From the NCBI GenBank assembly GCA_964016885.1, contig OZ024747.1, positions 8,246,001-8,310,000 of the forward strand: 64,000 nucleotides of DNA. Reading direction: 5' to 3'. The translations under genes and the position numbers were made by a program. Numbering within the stretch: position 1 is the stretch's first letter; each line of letters begins with the position of its first letter. This DNA comes from Eledone cirrhosa. Its lineage: Eukaryota. Below are positions 24,447 to 38,644 of the stretch, piece after piece. The notes under the pieces are model-generated. The model was not told where the DNA came from and did no database searches. It worked only from the letters and a program-made list of their open reading frames with translations.

Positions 24447-26792
24447 GACAAGGGCATAGGTATACTCTGGGGTTGTTATATACAAGGATGAAATTTATTC
24501 CAGTGGACAAGGGGAGCATCAGAAGGTATACTCTGGGGTTGTTATATACAAGGATGAAATTCATTCCAGTGGACAAGGGGAGCATCAGAAGGTATACTCT
24601 GGGGTTGTTATATACAAGGATGAAATTTATTCCAGTGGACAAGGGGAGCATCAGAAGGTACACTCTGGGGTTGTTATATACAAGGATGAAATTCATTCCA
24701 GTGGACAAGGGGAGCATCAGAAGGTATACTCTGGGGTTGTTATATACAAGGATGAAATTCATTCCAGTGGACAAGGGGAGCATCAGAAGGTATACTCTGG
24801 GGTTGTTATATACAAGGATGAAATTCATTCCAGTGGACAAGGGGAGCATCAGAAGGTACACTCTGGGGTTGTTATATACAAGGATGAAATTTATTCCAGT
24901 GGACAAGAGGAGCATCAGAAGGTATACTCTGGGGTTGTTATATACAAGGATGAAATTTATTCCAGTGGACAAGGGGAGCATCAGAAGGTATACTCTGGGG
25001 TTGTTATATACAAGGATGAAATTTATTCCAGTGGACAAGGGGAGCATCAGAAGGTATACTCTGGGGTTGTTATATACAAGGATGAAATTTATTCCAGTGG
25101 ACAAGAGGAGCATCAGAAGGTACACTCTGGGGTTGTTATATACAAGGATGAAATTTATTCCAGTGGACAAGGGGAGCATCAGAAGGTATACTCTGGGGTT
25201 GTTATATACAAGGATGAAATTTATTCCAGTGGACAAGGGGAGCATCAGAAGGTATACTCTGGGGTTGTTATATACAAGGATGAAATTTATTCCAGTGGAC
25301 AAGGGGAGCATCAGAAGGTATACTCTGGGGTTGTTATATACAAGGATGAAATTCATTCCAGTGGACAAGGGGAGCATCAGAAGGTACACTCTTGGGTTGT
25401 TATATACAAGGATGAAACAAGGATGAAATTTATTCGAGTGGACAAGGGGAGCATCAGAAGGTACACTCTTGGGTTGTTATATACAAGGATGAAATTTATT
25501 CCAGTGGACAAGGGGAGCATCAGAAGGTACACTCTTGGGTTGTTATATACAAGGATGAAATTTATTCCAGTGGACAAGGGGAGCATCAGAAGGTACACTC
25601 TGGGGTCGTTATATACAAGGATGAAATTTATTCCAGTGGACAAGGGGAGCATCAGAAGGTACACTCTGGGGTTGTTATATACAAGGATGAAATTTATTCC
25701 AGTGGACAAGGGGAGCATCAGAAGGTACACTCTGGGGTTGTTATATACAAGGATGAAATTTATTCCAGTGGACAAGGGGAGCATCAGAAGGTATACTCTG
25801 GGGTTATGTTATATACAAGGATGAAATTTATTCCAGTGGACAAGGGGAGCATCAGAAGGTATACTCTGGGGTTATGTTATATACAAGGATGAAATTTATT
25901 CCAGTGAACAAGTGGAGCATCAGAAGGTATACTCTGGGGTTGTTATATACAAGGATGAAATTTATTCCAGTGGACAAGGGGAGCATCAGAAGGTATACTC
26001 TGGGGTTATGTTATATACAAGGATGAAATTTATTCCAGTGGACAAGGGGAGCATCAGAAGGTACACTCTTGGGTTGTTATATACAAGGATGAAATTTATT
26101 CCAGTGGACAAGGGGAGCATCAGAAGGTATACTCTGGGGTTGTTATATACAAGGATGAAATTTATTCCAGTGGACAAGGGGAGCATCAGAAGGTACACTC
26201 TTGGGTTGTTATATACAAGGATGAAATTTATTCCAGTGGACAAGGGGAGCATCAGAAGGTACACTCTGGGGTTGTTATATACAAGGATGAAATTTATTCC
26301 AGTGGACAAGGGGAGCATCAGAAGGTATACTCTGGGGTTATGTTATATACAAGGATGAAATTTATTCCAGTGGACAAGGGGAGCATCAGAAGGTACACTC
26401 TGGGGTTGTTATATACAATGATGAAATTTATTCCAGTGGACAAGGGGAGCATCAGAAGGTATACTCTGGGGTTATGTTATATACAAGGATGAAATTTATT
26501 CCAGTGGACAAGGGGAGCATCAGAAGGTATACTCTGGGGTTATGTTATATACAAGGATGAAATTTATTCCAGTGGACAAGGGGAGCATCAGAAGGTACAC
26601 TGTGGGGTTGTTATATACAAGGATGAAATTTATTCCAGTGGACAAGGGGAGCATCAGAAGGTATACTCTGGGGTTATGTTATATACAAGGATGAAATTTA
26701 TTCCAGTGGACAAGGGGAGCATCAGAAGGTATACTCTGGGGTTGTTATATACAAGGATGAAATTCATTCCAGTGGACAAGGGGAGCATTAGA
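24447..26792. repeat. 66-bp minisatellite, ~35 copies
   Basis: Unit gacaaggggagcatcagaaggtatactctggggttgttatatacaaggatgaaatttattccagtg. 68-bp variants occur in the right half. Confidence 0.97.
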
Positions 26793-27215
26793 AACAGTAG
26801 TGATATTATAGTCAAGGTGTATTATACACAAGGAAATATGGTAGGCTATTATTATGGTGGTGGTGGGAATGACCAATAATCTGATACCATCTCTTGTAGT
26901 CAACACCTTCAACTATTTTCTATGACTAATATCAGAGGCACAACAGAACCTGCCTCGAAAACCAAAACTCAACAACAGAAATTTAGAATTATCACCATCT
27001 TTATAGCAATCACCACCACCACCACCAGCAACACTGACATCACAACAACAAAACTATTACCATCATCATCATCATCATCATCATCTAACTCTTTATCTTC
27101 CACAAAATTGCTAACACCATTAACATCATCAGCTACCAAATACTCTCTCAACAACTTTACCTCCTCCCCCTACACACACACACACACATACACACACATA
27201 CATACACACACATAC

Positions 27216-27251
<36 letters not shown>

Positions 27252-27811
27252 ACATACATACACATACATACACACACCTTCTCTGACTTCTATTTTCTCC
27301 AAGTGAACTTTTTCGTCAAAGACTGCTGAGTCCATAATTATCGCTGAGCTAATGGAATTACAGTTCTGTTTTCTGGAAAATTTACAATGAAGACGCTGCT
27401 AATGCTATCTAGCCATTTTCTGTTATTAACGAGTAATTGAATAAGGAGTCTATCTGGAAACACTTATGTTGTACAATTGTCAGACTTTGGGAAGGGAGAA
27501 ACTATTTGGAGATAACTTATCTACATTCTGATCAAAGGAAAGGAGCTCCTTAATTGAAAACTATCGTACCCTTCCATCTCCACTTCACTGCTCCTCACCA
27601 CATTACTACTATCCCCCCCCATACACACTCCTCAGCATCTCATGTCCAGCTATAAAGTGACCTTTGACATTAAAATTGCCTCCAGTCCAGGTGTTAGCCT
27701 CCCTTTCTAAAATGGACATTGGTGCTGCTCCTGACATTTGAAAGATTCACAACAGAGAGAACCTACTCTACTGTACTGAGCTGCCTGCTGCTATGTGTAA
27801 AGCCAGTTATA

Positions 27812-28402
27812 TGATCATCATCACCACAACAAACCACTACCATCATCATCATCATCATCATCATCATTACTACCACCACAACAAACCACTACCATCATCA
27901 TTACTACCACCACAACAAACCACTACCATCATCATCATCATCATCATCATTACTACCACCACAACAAACCATTGCCACCATCACTCCTCTAAACATCATC
28001 ATCATCAACATCACCACAACAAACCACTACCACCACCATCCCCCTCATCATCATCACCACCACCACCACCACCACCATCACCACCACAACACACCACCAC
28101 CACCATCACCCTTATCATCATCATCACCACCACCACCACCACCACCACCACCACCACCACCATCACAACAAACCACTACCACCATCACCCTTATCATCAT
28201 CATCACCACCATCACAACAAACCACTACCACCATCACCCTTATCATCATCATCACCACCATCACAACAAACCACTACCACCATCACCCTTATCGCCATCA
28301 CCCTTATCATCATCATCATCATCATCATCGTCACCATCACCATCACCACCATCATCACAACAAACCACCACCACAACAACAATAACAAACCACTACCACC
28401 AT
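27812..28402. repeat. (CAT/CAC) low-complexity tract
   Basis: Triplet repeats with a recurring acaacaaaccactacc. Confidence 0.9.
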
Positions 28403-28514
28403 TATGACTCACCACCCTCACCCTCTTGTCTATATCTACTTTCTCTGCTGGTATGGGCTGCACAAGTAGTTATCGTCTGAATCAATACTTTTTCAGAATT
28501 ACTGTCTTCATATG

Positions 28515-29090
28515 TTCCAATTCCTGGCAAGGTCTCTACAGTGGGATACTCTCCCCAAACACCATTCCAATTCCTGGCAAGGTCTCTACAGCGGGATACT
28601 CTCCCCAAACACCGTTCCAATTCCTGGCAAGGTCTCTACAGCGGGATACCCTCCCCAAACACCATTCCAATTCCTGGCAAGGTCTCTACAGTGGGATACT
28701 CTCCCCAAACACCATTCCAATTCCTGGCAAGGTCTCTACAGTGGGATACTCTCCCCAAACACCGTTCCAATTCCTGGCAAGGTCTCTACAGTGGGATACC
28801 CTCCCCAAACACCGTTGCAATTTTTAGCAAGGTCTCTAAAGCTGGATATCCTCCCCAACACTGTTGCACTGTTGCAATTCTTGGCAAGGTCTCTACAGAT
28901 GGATACCCACACCAACACCATCACAATTCTTGGCAAGGTCTCTACAGATGGATACCCACACCAACACCATCACAATTCTTGGCAAGGTCTCTACAGATAA
29001 ATGCCCTCCCTAACACCATCATAATTCTTGGCAAGGTCTCTACAGCTGGATACTCTCCCCAACACCGTTGCGATTTTTGGTAAAGTCTCT
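28515..29090. repeat. 50-bp minisatellite, ~11 copies
   Basis: Unit ttccaattcctggcaaggtctctacagtgggatactctccccaaacacc(a/g), more diverged to the right. Confidence 0.92.
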
Positions 29091-29790
29091 AACACCACCA
29101 ATCTATGGTATGGTTTCTATGCTTAGATTCTCTCACTATCACCAACCAAGTACTTAAATAGCTATCCTTGGTGACACGTAGCTAGAATCTATGAACACCT
29201 TTTGAGACAAAACTACCCGAAACTGCCTCTAGTTCTATAATACAAAACTTTATGTTTATGTGTTTAGATTTATCTAAAAAAAAACTTTCATCAAAACTCT
29301 AGAAAGGTTACAAAACTCTAGAGAGTTACATTAAAATTAAAAGGTTAAGCAGCTGCATGAAAATAAAACTACTTTAGTTTACCTTGTAATATATCATGTT
29401 AGTCATTAAACTTTAATAACATCACTGCCTTCTGCTAGTATTTCTTACATACAACACACACATTACATATAACACATACGTACATACAACACACACAATA
29501 CATACAACACATACGTGCATGCACACACAAACACAGGCATAGACAGACATACATGTCTGCAGAAGACACTTTCCTACAAAAGCATATATATATATATAAA
29601 GAAAAAAAGATGAAATCGAAAATGCAACTGGAGTCTTATTTTTTTTTAAATATATATATTTATTTGGTTCCTTTACCAGTTTCGCAGTTCTTCTGCTTTT
29701 CAAAAGTAGAGTTGAACATGGAGGGTCTGTGGTATACCCATGCTAGCGTGGAAGATGGACGTTAAACGATGATGATGATGATGATATATA

Positions 29791-30828
29791 TCATCATCAT
29801 CAACGTTTAACGTCCGTGTTCCACGCTTGCATGGGTTTGGACGGGGGTATTCCCACTTGAGGCAAGAGTGATTGTCTTGCTCGCATAGGACTGTCTGGCA
29901 GGTTTTCTACAGTTGGATGCCCTTCCTAACACCAACCACATTTACAGTGTGGGACTGGGAGGTTTTTACCGTGTTGCCTACATGCCCACATTACAGCGTG
30001 GACTGTGTGTTTTTTTGTTGTGACACCTACACGATCTCATTTGTTTCGGCCTGGATGTTGTGGCACCAACATAACTTTACATAGGAGGGGGTGGTGTGGA
30101 TGGGGGTGGTGGGACGGGGTTGTTAGAGATGCCTACTGGCTGTAGTAGGTTTTACTATGTATTTAGGTAAGGCGGGTCTTCTCTATTACTGAGTACCGCC
30201 AAAGGTCTCGGTCCAGTGACATTGTCTTGGAGAGGTGTAAGTGTGTGAGGTCGGAGTTTATCAGCTCGTCCCAGGATTTTCTAGGTCTGCCTATTCCGTA
30301 GCTACCGTCTATCTTTATTGCCCTGCACTTTGTTATACAGCTATCGACTTTCATGCGCATCACGTGTCCGTACCAACGTAGCCTTCTCTCGAGTAAACAA
30401 CATCTGATCCCTCTTATTTCTAATTTTTTCCTTAGTTCGTTTATGCTTTGCCGTTCACGTATATTACTATTACACATCCAGCGGAGCATGCAAGCTTCGT
30501 TCCTCTCTAGTCTGCGTATATCCTCTGCGCACAATGCCCAGGTCTCACTGCCATGTAACATTGCTGTTCGTATGCAGGCATCATACAACCTGCCTTTCAT
30601 TTTTAGGGAGAACCCTTTAGCGGCTAATAGTGGTATAAGCTCTCTGAACTTTTTCCATCCAGTTCTGACTCTAGCTACTGTACTTTCGGAGCACCCTCCC
30701 CCACTGCTGATTTTGTCACCCAGGTAACGGAAGCTGTCCACTATTTCTATAGAGCCCTCTGCGCAATTGAAAGAGTTAGTATTTTGTGGGCACTCGCTGC
30801 TACTTATTGCACCAGAACACCGCCCACA
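29791..30828 (-). mobile_element. 5'-truncated RTE LINE (family B)
   Basis: ORF 30163-30741 is the RTE C-terminus, followed by 3' UTR and (GAT)n. (TA)n flanks. Confidence 0.93.
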
Positions 30829-30852
30829 TATATATATATATATATATATATA

Positions 30853-31328
30853 GAATACAATTAGAATTTAACTTCAGGCATAGCTGTATACAGATATGTA
30901 TAGAAATGTTGTATTTCTAATGAAACACGGTATGTTTACAGGTAAACATTTAGGAAACTGTAGCTATGCAAAAAACACCAGGGCTAATGCTCTCTGGTGG
31001 TGTTCAGCAGAACCAAGGGGGACAATCGTCGATGCTTTTCGGACTTAACTGGTCCTCAACAGGACAATCCCTCCCACACTTGTGACTGCAGGACTTGAAA
31101 ACAATTGTGAATATATAGTTTTCTCATCTGTGTAAATGAGGTGATTAATCTCATTTGCATATGAAGCTGCATAAGTTGGCTCAACTTATAATAGAATAGA
31201 ATTAGGATTTAGCTTCAAGCGTAGTTGTATACAGATATGTATAGAAATTTCGTATTTCTAAAGAAACACTGTATGTTTACAGGTGAACATTTAGGAAGCC
31301 GTAGCTATGGAAAAAACACTGGGACTAA
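30853..31328 (-). mobile_element. Retrozyme-like 341-bp partial tandem repeat containing a degenerate hammerhead (31025-31068)
   Basis: ~135-bp direct repeats at 30853 and 31194. Minus: AUUGUC CUGUUGA GGAC cagttaa GUCC GAAA AGCA UC GACGAU. Confidence 0.6.
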
Positions 31329-31675
31329 CATATATATATATAGTGAAAGAGTGAAGAATAACATGGTCGGCTGTACAAAAAGGGTTTTATTTACAGTATT
31401 AACAATTGTTTCATTGATCAGGTGAGTCTAAAGGCCGCTGATCACTCGAAGTTGTGTCACTTGACCTTACAAACAGTGTGTGTCTCTGATCAAATCATCG
31501 GAATAACCTGCATGGGAATTCTCGCATACTCATCACTAACTAAGGAAACCTCTTGTTGAGTCAAACAACGCTGTACGTAAAAGCTATCCATAGTACAGAG
31601 TACTCACAACCTCTAACTGAATTACCTAAAATCATAACTTGTTATCCCATATATATATATATATATATATATGTA

Positions 31676-32018
31676 GGGGCTCCCAAAGGAGTACTGAGTG
31701 CAATGTCAACTCTGGATGTCGGTGAGCATGTCCAGCTAACCTCAGTCTCCTCTGTGTCACTTTTGAGCTGACTTTTGGGATGCTCCCATACAGCTCTGAG
31801 TTTTTCATCCTCAGTGTATACTGATTAATGTTCAGAGCCATCCTCAGCATTCTCGTGTAGCACCCATCCACCAGAAGAGGAAGACCAAGGTTAACGTATG
31901 TTGATGCCCTAAGGACAGACACTGGTCTGTTGGAGACGCAGGACATGGCAGCGATAATGAGGGACAGAGACCGCTGGAGAGAACTCATCCATGGATCTCG
32001 GGAATTTTACCCGCCTTA
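31676..32018. mobile_element. LINE (RTE-like) 3' fragment with 5' inversion
   Basis: Minus DGCYTRMLRMAL...RRLRLAGH...LLWEP abuts plus RRGRPRLTYVD...DRDRWR. Confidence 0.85.
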
Positions 32019-32089
32019 GATATATATATATATATATATATACGTGTGTGTGTGTGTAATTTGGTAAAGTACATTCAAAGTTGGGGAGC

Positions 32090-33700
32090 ACTTAATCTAT
32101 ACAAAGAGTTAGGGTATAAAGATATTTATTATGTTAACTATATCATTTATATACAATTGTTTCTCTGTCTGTCTATTTCAGACTTTCACTGAGACTGATC
32201 CTCCATTTTGTAATGGTTGTGTTTTTTACCTTCAAACGTGAAAGAGTTCCAAAAGAGAAGAACAAAGAGTAAGAAATATATATAGGATCATATTTTTTCT
32301 TGATATAGAGCATGGTAAAAGAAAAGACAGGGAAGTAATTTGATAGTTAATAGGTGGATATTAAGCTATAGTCTAAGGAAATTAAAAGAAGAAAAAAAAA
32401 GAAGAAATATTAATGGTTAGGTAGAGGATGGTATTTGCAGAAGTAGGTAGGGGCTATTGGTGGTCAGTGAGTGGCATCCATAGTATTTAAAGTAGTTTAA
32501 TCTAGTAATGGTAGAATTTTCCAGTTCTTTAATATAAATTTTTCTGTGTGGGAGCAGCAGTTGAAGAAATCAGCACTTGTTTTGGAGTTGTGTAGCGTTT
32601 TTGGTATATACTATCTTTATGCTGTGCACAAGCTCAACATTGGTGCATAGGAACTTATAGGTTTGTTCGTAATGTAAGATCTAGCATTTTTTAAACAGAA
32701 ATGGACAATTTTAATGATGTCTGCTACAGATCTGTCTATATATAGAGAGAAATGCTTATTCATAAGAGCTAAAATTCTCTTTCCCACATTAGTTCTAACA
32801 TTTAGGGAGAATGTGTGTGCAAATCTTGCAGTTTTTTGTTGCTCTATTTCTCTTATTTCTAGCCTTAGAGTGTTGGTCAAGGGAGCAGAAAATCTTATCC
32901 TTAAAGCCACACTGTTGGCTAGGGCATTATTGTATATGAGGACTGCTCTGTCAAAGATACACTTATTAGAAGAGAGATTTGAGATTCTCTTACTTAAGTT
33001 GACTATTAAATTTTTGAAAACTATAAATGGGAGATATGATTTTCTGCTGATGTATTTAAACTACTCATTGGGTTTGTGGTAAACCTTATGTATATGTGTT
33101 ATCAGGTTAAAGTAATTTTTAACCCCGGTATATTGAGGGTAGATATAAGATTTTCCTTCAATCACCACAATAGAGAACTATATTAAATCTGGACATACTC
33201 AGGACATGTCCTGGGTATGACATGAAACTACATCCAGTGGTAAGGCTCCATTTCGGGAGTTCAGGAGCTGTGGGGTATGTGGAGTTACCCCTTAGTTGTT
33301 ATCACTCCCAGGTCTGCTCTGGCCCAGAGTAGCAGTACCTGTTAGGGCCCCATTTATGGGTTAAATAATTACCTTATTCAAGTGGCACCGGTAAGGTATT
33401 ATCAGCCACTGAAAAGAACAATCCGGGAATTTTACCCACCCTAGATAGAGATAGAGAGATTAAATCTGCAAATTTACTTATTAATTTGTCTAAAATATAT
33501 ATCCTCTCCTAATCTCAGACATTTGTGCTAGCAATTGAGTTCATAGATGAATCATATAAATCTGTGGCATTCGACTTTTTCCCCCAGGCTACTCTATTAT
33601 TAAAGATGAGGGTTTTCTTGACTGGAATATAATTTGAAGGGCAGTACCATCTAACAACAAATCTCACTAGTGTTAATTTCCTAGATGTCAACTTTCATTG
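32090..33700 (-). pseudogene. Degenerate Penelope-like element RT region
   Basis: Minus pieces: KTLIFNNRVAW...YDSSM...YIL, YHKPNE...KRISNLSS...IFDRA...YNNALANSGF, FSLNVRTNVGKRIL.LMNKHF. Inverted plus piece TNLTSVNFLDVNF at ~33655-33697. Stops and frameshifts present. Confidence 0.75.
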
Positions 33701-33879
33701 AAATGCAAAGTGAAAATCTGAAACAGCCAGCCAAAGACACAATTTTACCTAAATGACTCTATAGGAAGAGTAATATAGATATACAATTGACTCCTGCGGT
33801 TCTTTGTCCTTTTGAACTATATATATATATACAAAAAGTTATAAAACGAAAGGAGGTGTGTGGTTACTAAAAACAAGGT

Positions 33880-34068
33880 TTAGGATGGTGGATAGGATGG
33901 AACAGGAGGAGAAAGAAAGAAAGGAGTTTCCATCGTCAGCTGTAAATGTTTCCCGAACCGATTGTCCTGTAATTCAGCGCCGAAACATCGGTTCGAGAAA
34001 CATTTACAGCTGACGATGGAAACCCCTTTCTTCCTTTCTTCTCCTGTTCCGTCTTAACCACCATCCTA
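33880..34068. mobile_element. Fold-back family P3
   Basis: ~80-bp imperfect inverted arms. The loop contains cgccgaaac. Confidence 0.6.
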
Positions 34069-34077
34069 TATATATAC

Positions 34078-34316
34078 GACAAAAAACACACAGTCCACGC
34101 TGTAATGTGGTCGTGTAGGTAACATGGTAAAAAGTTCCCAGTTCCACACTGTAAATGTGGTTGGTGTTAGGAAGGGCATCCAGCCGTAGAAAACCTGCCA
34201 GACAGTCCTATATGAGCGAGACACGGTCACCCGACCAACCTTGACTCAAATTGGGACAACTCCTGTCTAACCCATGCTAGTGTGGAAAATGGACGTTAAA
34301 CGAGGATGATGATGAT
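34078..34316 (+). mobile_element. RTE 3' UTR fragment
   Basis: Same as 18225-18460. Confidence 0.85.
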
Positions 34317-34364
34317 ATATATATATATAAACATATATAAATATATGTATTTTCATAACATGAA

Positions 34365-34408
<44 letters not shown>

Positions 34409-34411
<3 letters not shown>

Positions 34412-34585
34412 ATAATAAATGTGAAGACTAAAATCCAAAGAGGGCTCGATAAGGATAAATATATATCAAAAATATAAGAACCCTAGAGCAAATATTTATT
34501 AAAATAGCAGATTAAAGTTTAAGCAAAGAATTGCTGGGTGAAAGCAGCGATTCTTTGCTTAAACTTTAATGTTATTTTAATAAAT
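34409..34585. mobile_element. P2 fold-back copy with deleted centre
   Basis: Matches 56397-56609 but lacks the hairpin tip. Confidence 0.65.
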
Positions 34586-35249
34586 ATATATATATATTTA
34601 TTCATGTATATATCTTATTATGTTGTGAAAATACATATATTTATATATGTATATATACATTTTTTGCATATATATGAGATGTACCCATATCAAAAGATGT
34701 GGGTAAAAATATACATACATATATATCATCATCATCGTTTTTCTATGCTAAGATAGGTTTGAAATGGTCGGAAATGTGTATATAAATAGTGTATATGTGC
34801 ATATATTTGAGTGATTTTGTAGAAATGCATAATAATGTATGATGTATGTATATCAACTTTTATAGTTATAGGAATTTATATTTGATATTCACACATTTAT
34901 ATAATCACCCTCACCCACAAGCATGTAGACAGACACACACAAAACAGACATATACATGTATATATATATATATATTATATATTCACATATATTATTATAT
35001 ATTCACATATATATATATATATATATTATATATTCACATATATTATTATATATTCACATATATATATATATATATTATATATTCACATATATGTTTACAA
35101 ATATATACATTCCATATCTTCTAAATGTGAACCTAATATGACTGTATATTTTTTCATCCCTACATGTATATATATATATATAATATATATATATATATAT
35201 AACATCATCATCATCAACACCGTTTTACGTCCATTCATCCACACTAGCA

Positions 35250-35263
35250 TGGGTTAGACAGGA

Positions 35264-35297
<34 letters not shown>

Positions 35298-35538
35298 ATA
35301 TATATACACACACACACGAAACAAACATATGCATACATATATATATATATACACATACACACAAAACAAATATATATAAATATAACTATATATATATATA
35401 TATACACTCATATATGTTTCCAAATATATACATGCACATATACATATATACATATATAACCTTTCAAGTATAACATATATATATATATACACATGATGAT
35501 GATGATATATATATACACACATATATATATATATACAC

Positions 35539-35573
<35 letters not shown>

Positions 35574-35888
35574 CATACATATATATATATATATACACAT
35601 ATATATATACACATATATACATATATATATATATACACATACATATATACACATATATACATATATATACACAGATATATATACACATATATATATACAC
35701 ATATATATATACACATATATATATATACACATATATATATACACATATATATATATACACATATATATATACACATATATATACACATATATATATACAC
35801 ATATATATATACACATATATATATACATATATATATACACATATATATACACATATATACACATATATATATATATACATATATATAC

Positions 35889-35919
<31 letters not shown>

Positions 35920-35980
35920 CACATATATATATATACACATATATATATACACATATATATATATACACATACATATATAT

Positions 35981-36023
<43 letters not shown>

Positions 36024-36060
36024 TATATACACATATATATATATATACACATATATATAT

Positions 36061-36091
<31 letters not shown>

Positions 36092-36146
36092 GATATACAT
36101 ACATATATATATACATATATATATATACACATATATATATACACAT

Positions 36147-36182
<36 letters not shown>

Positions 36183-36219
36183 TATATATATATATACACA
36201 TATATATATATGTGTGTAC

Positions 36220-36250
<31 letters not shown>

Positions 36251-36857
36251 TATATATACATATATGTATATATATACACATATATATATATATATATACA
36301 CACACATATATATATATACACATATATATATATATATATACATACATTTATGCAGATAGACCATAAACCCTGTTCTTTGCCCAATCTCAGCACAACAACA
36401 TGCAATCATTCTCGCCACAACCCACACCAACACCCCTACCAACCAACTAACCCCTACCCATCTTCTGACCCCTACCCACGTTCTAACCTCTACCAACCAT
36501 CTAACCCCTACCCACGTTCTAATGTCTATGGAATGGAAATACTCATTGTAATCAAAAACTCAAACATTTCATCTCATCTTTTAACTTACTCTCAAACCAG
36601 ATGACACAAATAAATATTTTTTTTTTAAATATACAAAAATATGAATAAAACAAATGAATAAATAAATACAATGAAGAAATACCCCCCACCCCCCACCCCA
36701 CTCCCCACCCCATTAAAATATACCGAAATATTTCAAAAATATTTCAATAATATTAGAATGACAACTTTACAATCAATAAATATTTCATTTTTTGTAGTGT
36801 ATTTGGTATTTCTGAAACATATATATATGGATATTGAATATGTATATATATATTGTG

Positions 36858-36925
<68 letters not shown>

Positions 36926-37073
36926 AATATATATACATATACAATATATATATATATGGTGTATATGTATATATATATATTGTCTATATGTGTATATATA
37001 TATATTGTCTATATGTGTGTATATATATATATATATTATGTATATGTATATATATATATATATATATATTGTA

Positions 37074-37106
<33 letters not shown>

Positions 37107-37135
37107 TGTATATATGTATATATATATATATTGTG

Positions 37136-37166
<31 letters not shown>

Positions 37167-37458
37167 TGTATATATATATATATATATATATATTGTATAT
37201 ATGTATATATATATATATTGTATATATATATATATATATATATTGTATATATGTATATATATATATATTGTATATATGTATATATATATATATTGTGTAT
37301 ATGTATATATATATATATATATGTATTGTGTATATGTATATATATATATATGTATTGTGTATATGTATATATATATATACACACATATATATATATTGTG
37401 TATATGTATATATATATATATATATTGTGTATATGTATATATATATATTGTGTATATG

Positions 37459-37499
<41 letters not shown>

Positions 37500-37573
37500 T
37501 GTGTATATGTATATATATATATATATATGTATTGTGTATATGTATATATATATATATATGTATTGTGTATATG

Positions 37574-37607
<34 letters not shown>

Positions 37608-37827
37608 TGTATTGTGTATATGTATATATATATATATATGTATTGTGTATATATATATATATATATGTATTGTGTATATGTATATATATATATATATATA
37701 TACATATACACAATATATATATACACATATATATATATTGTGTATATGTATATATATATAGTGTATATGTATATATATATATTGTGTATATGTATATATA
37801 TTTGTATATATATCTATATATATTGTG

Positions 37828-37917
<90 letters not shown>

Positions 37918-37950
37918 TATGGATACACACATATATATATATATGTGTGC
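35250..37950. repeat. Very long compound (TA)n/(TACA) microsatellite fields
   Basis: Direct observation. Similar fields lie at 19260-20265, 47810-48432, 51040-51900 and 61350-61800. Confidence 0.95.
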
Positions 37951-38113
37951 GTGTCTTATAAATATATGCTATTATTTTTTTTCGTTTGGTTTGTAAGCAA
38001 TTAGAATCTACATTAAAACAAGTAAACATATTTTTAAAAATTATTTTACATTTTTTTTTTTTTTGTAAAAGAAACCAAAGCATGGTGTGTATTGGCTTAC
38101 CTATCTCTCTCCA

Positions 38114-38148
<35 letters not shown>

Positions 38149-38644
38149 GAGAGAGAGAAGGAGGAGATAGAGAGGTAGAGAGCCATTGTCAATGAAAAAG
38201 ATATCTTCAAGTTTAGGTGAAGAAACTGAACATTTTTTAGTCAATCATATTAATTTCACAAGATTTCATTTCAATGACTTTATAGCAAAAATAAATCACA
38301 GTTACAATCATCATCATTATTATTACCATCTTTATAATCATCATCATCATCAACAATGTTATCATCACCATTCTCACCTCTACCACCACCAACAAAGTAG
38401 CAATACAGCCACCATTGCTCTGGTTTGGTACAATCAGTAGAGTATCACACAAAATGCCATGTGGCATTTTTCAGAGTTTTTACAATTTGTATTCAAATCC
38501 TACCAAGCTTAACTTTCCTTTTTATCCTTCCAAGATCAATAAAATAAATCACCAGTAATGAACTAGGGTCAATTTAATCAACTTTCTCCTTCCCTTCAAA
38601 TTGTTGGCTTTTTGCCTAATGTAGAAACCATTAATAATATTAAT

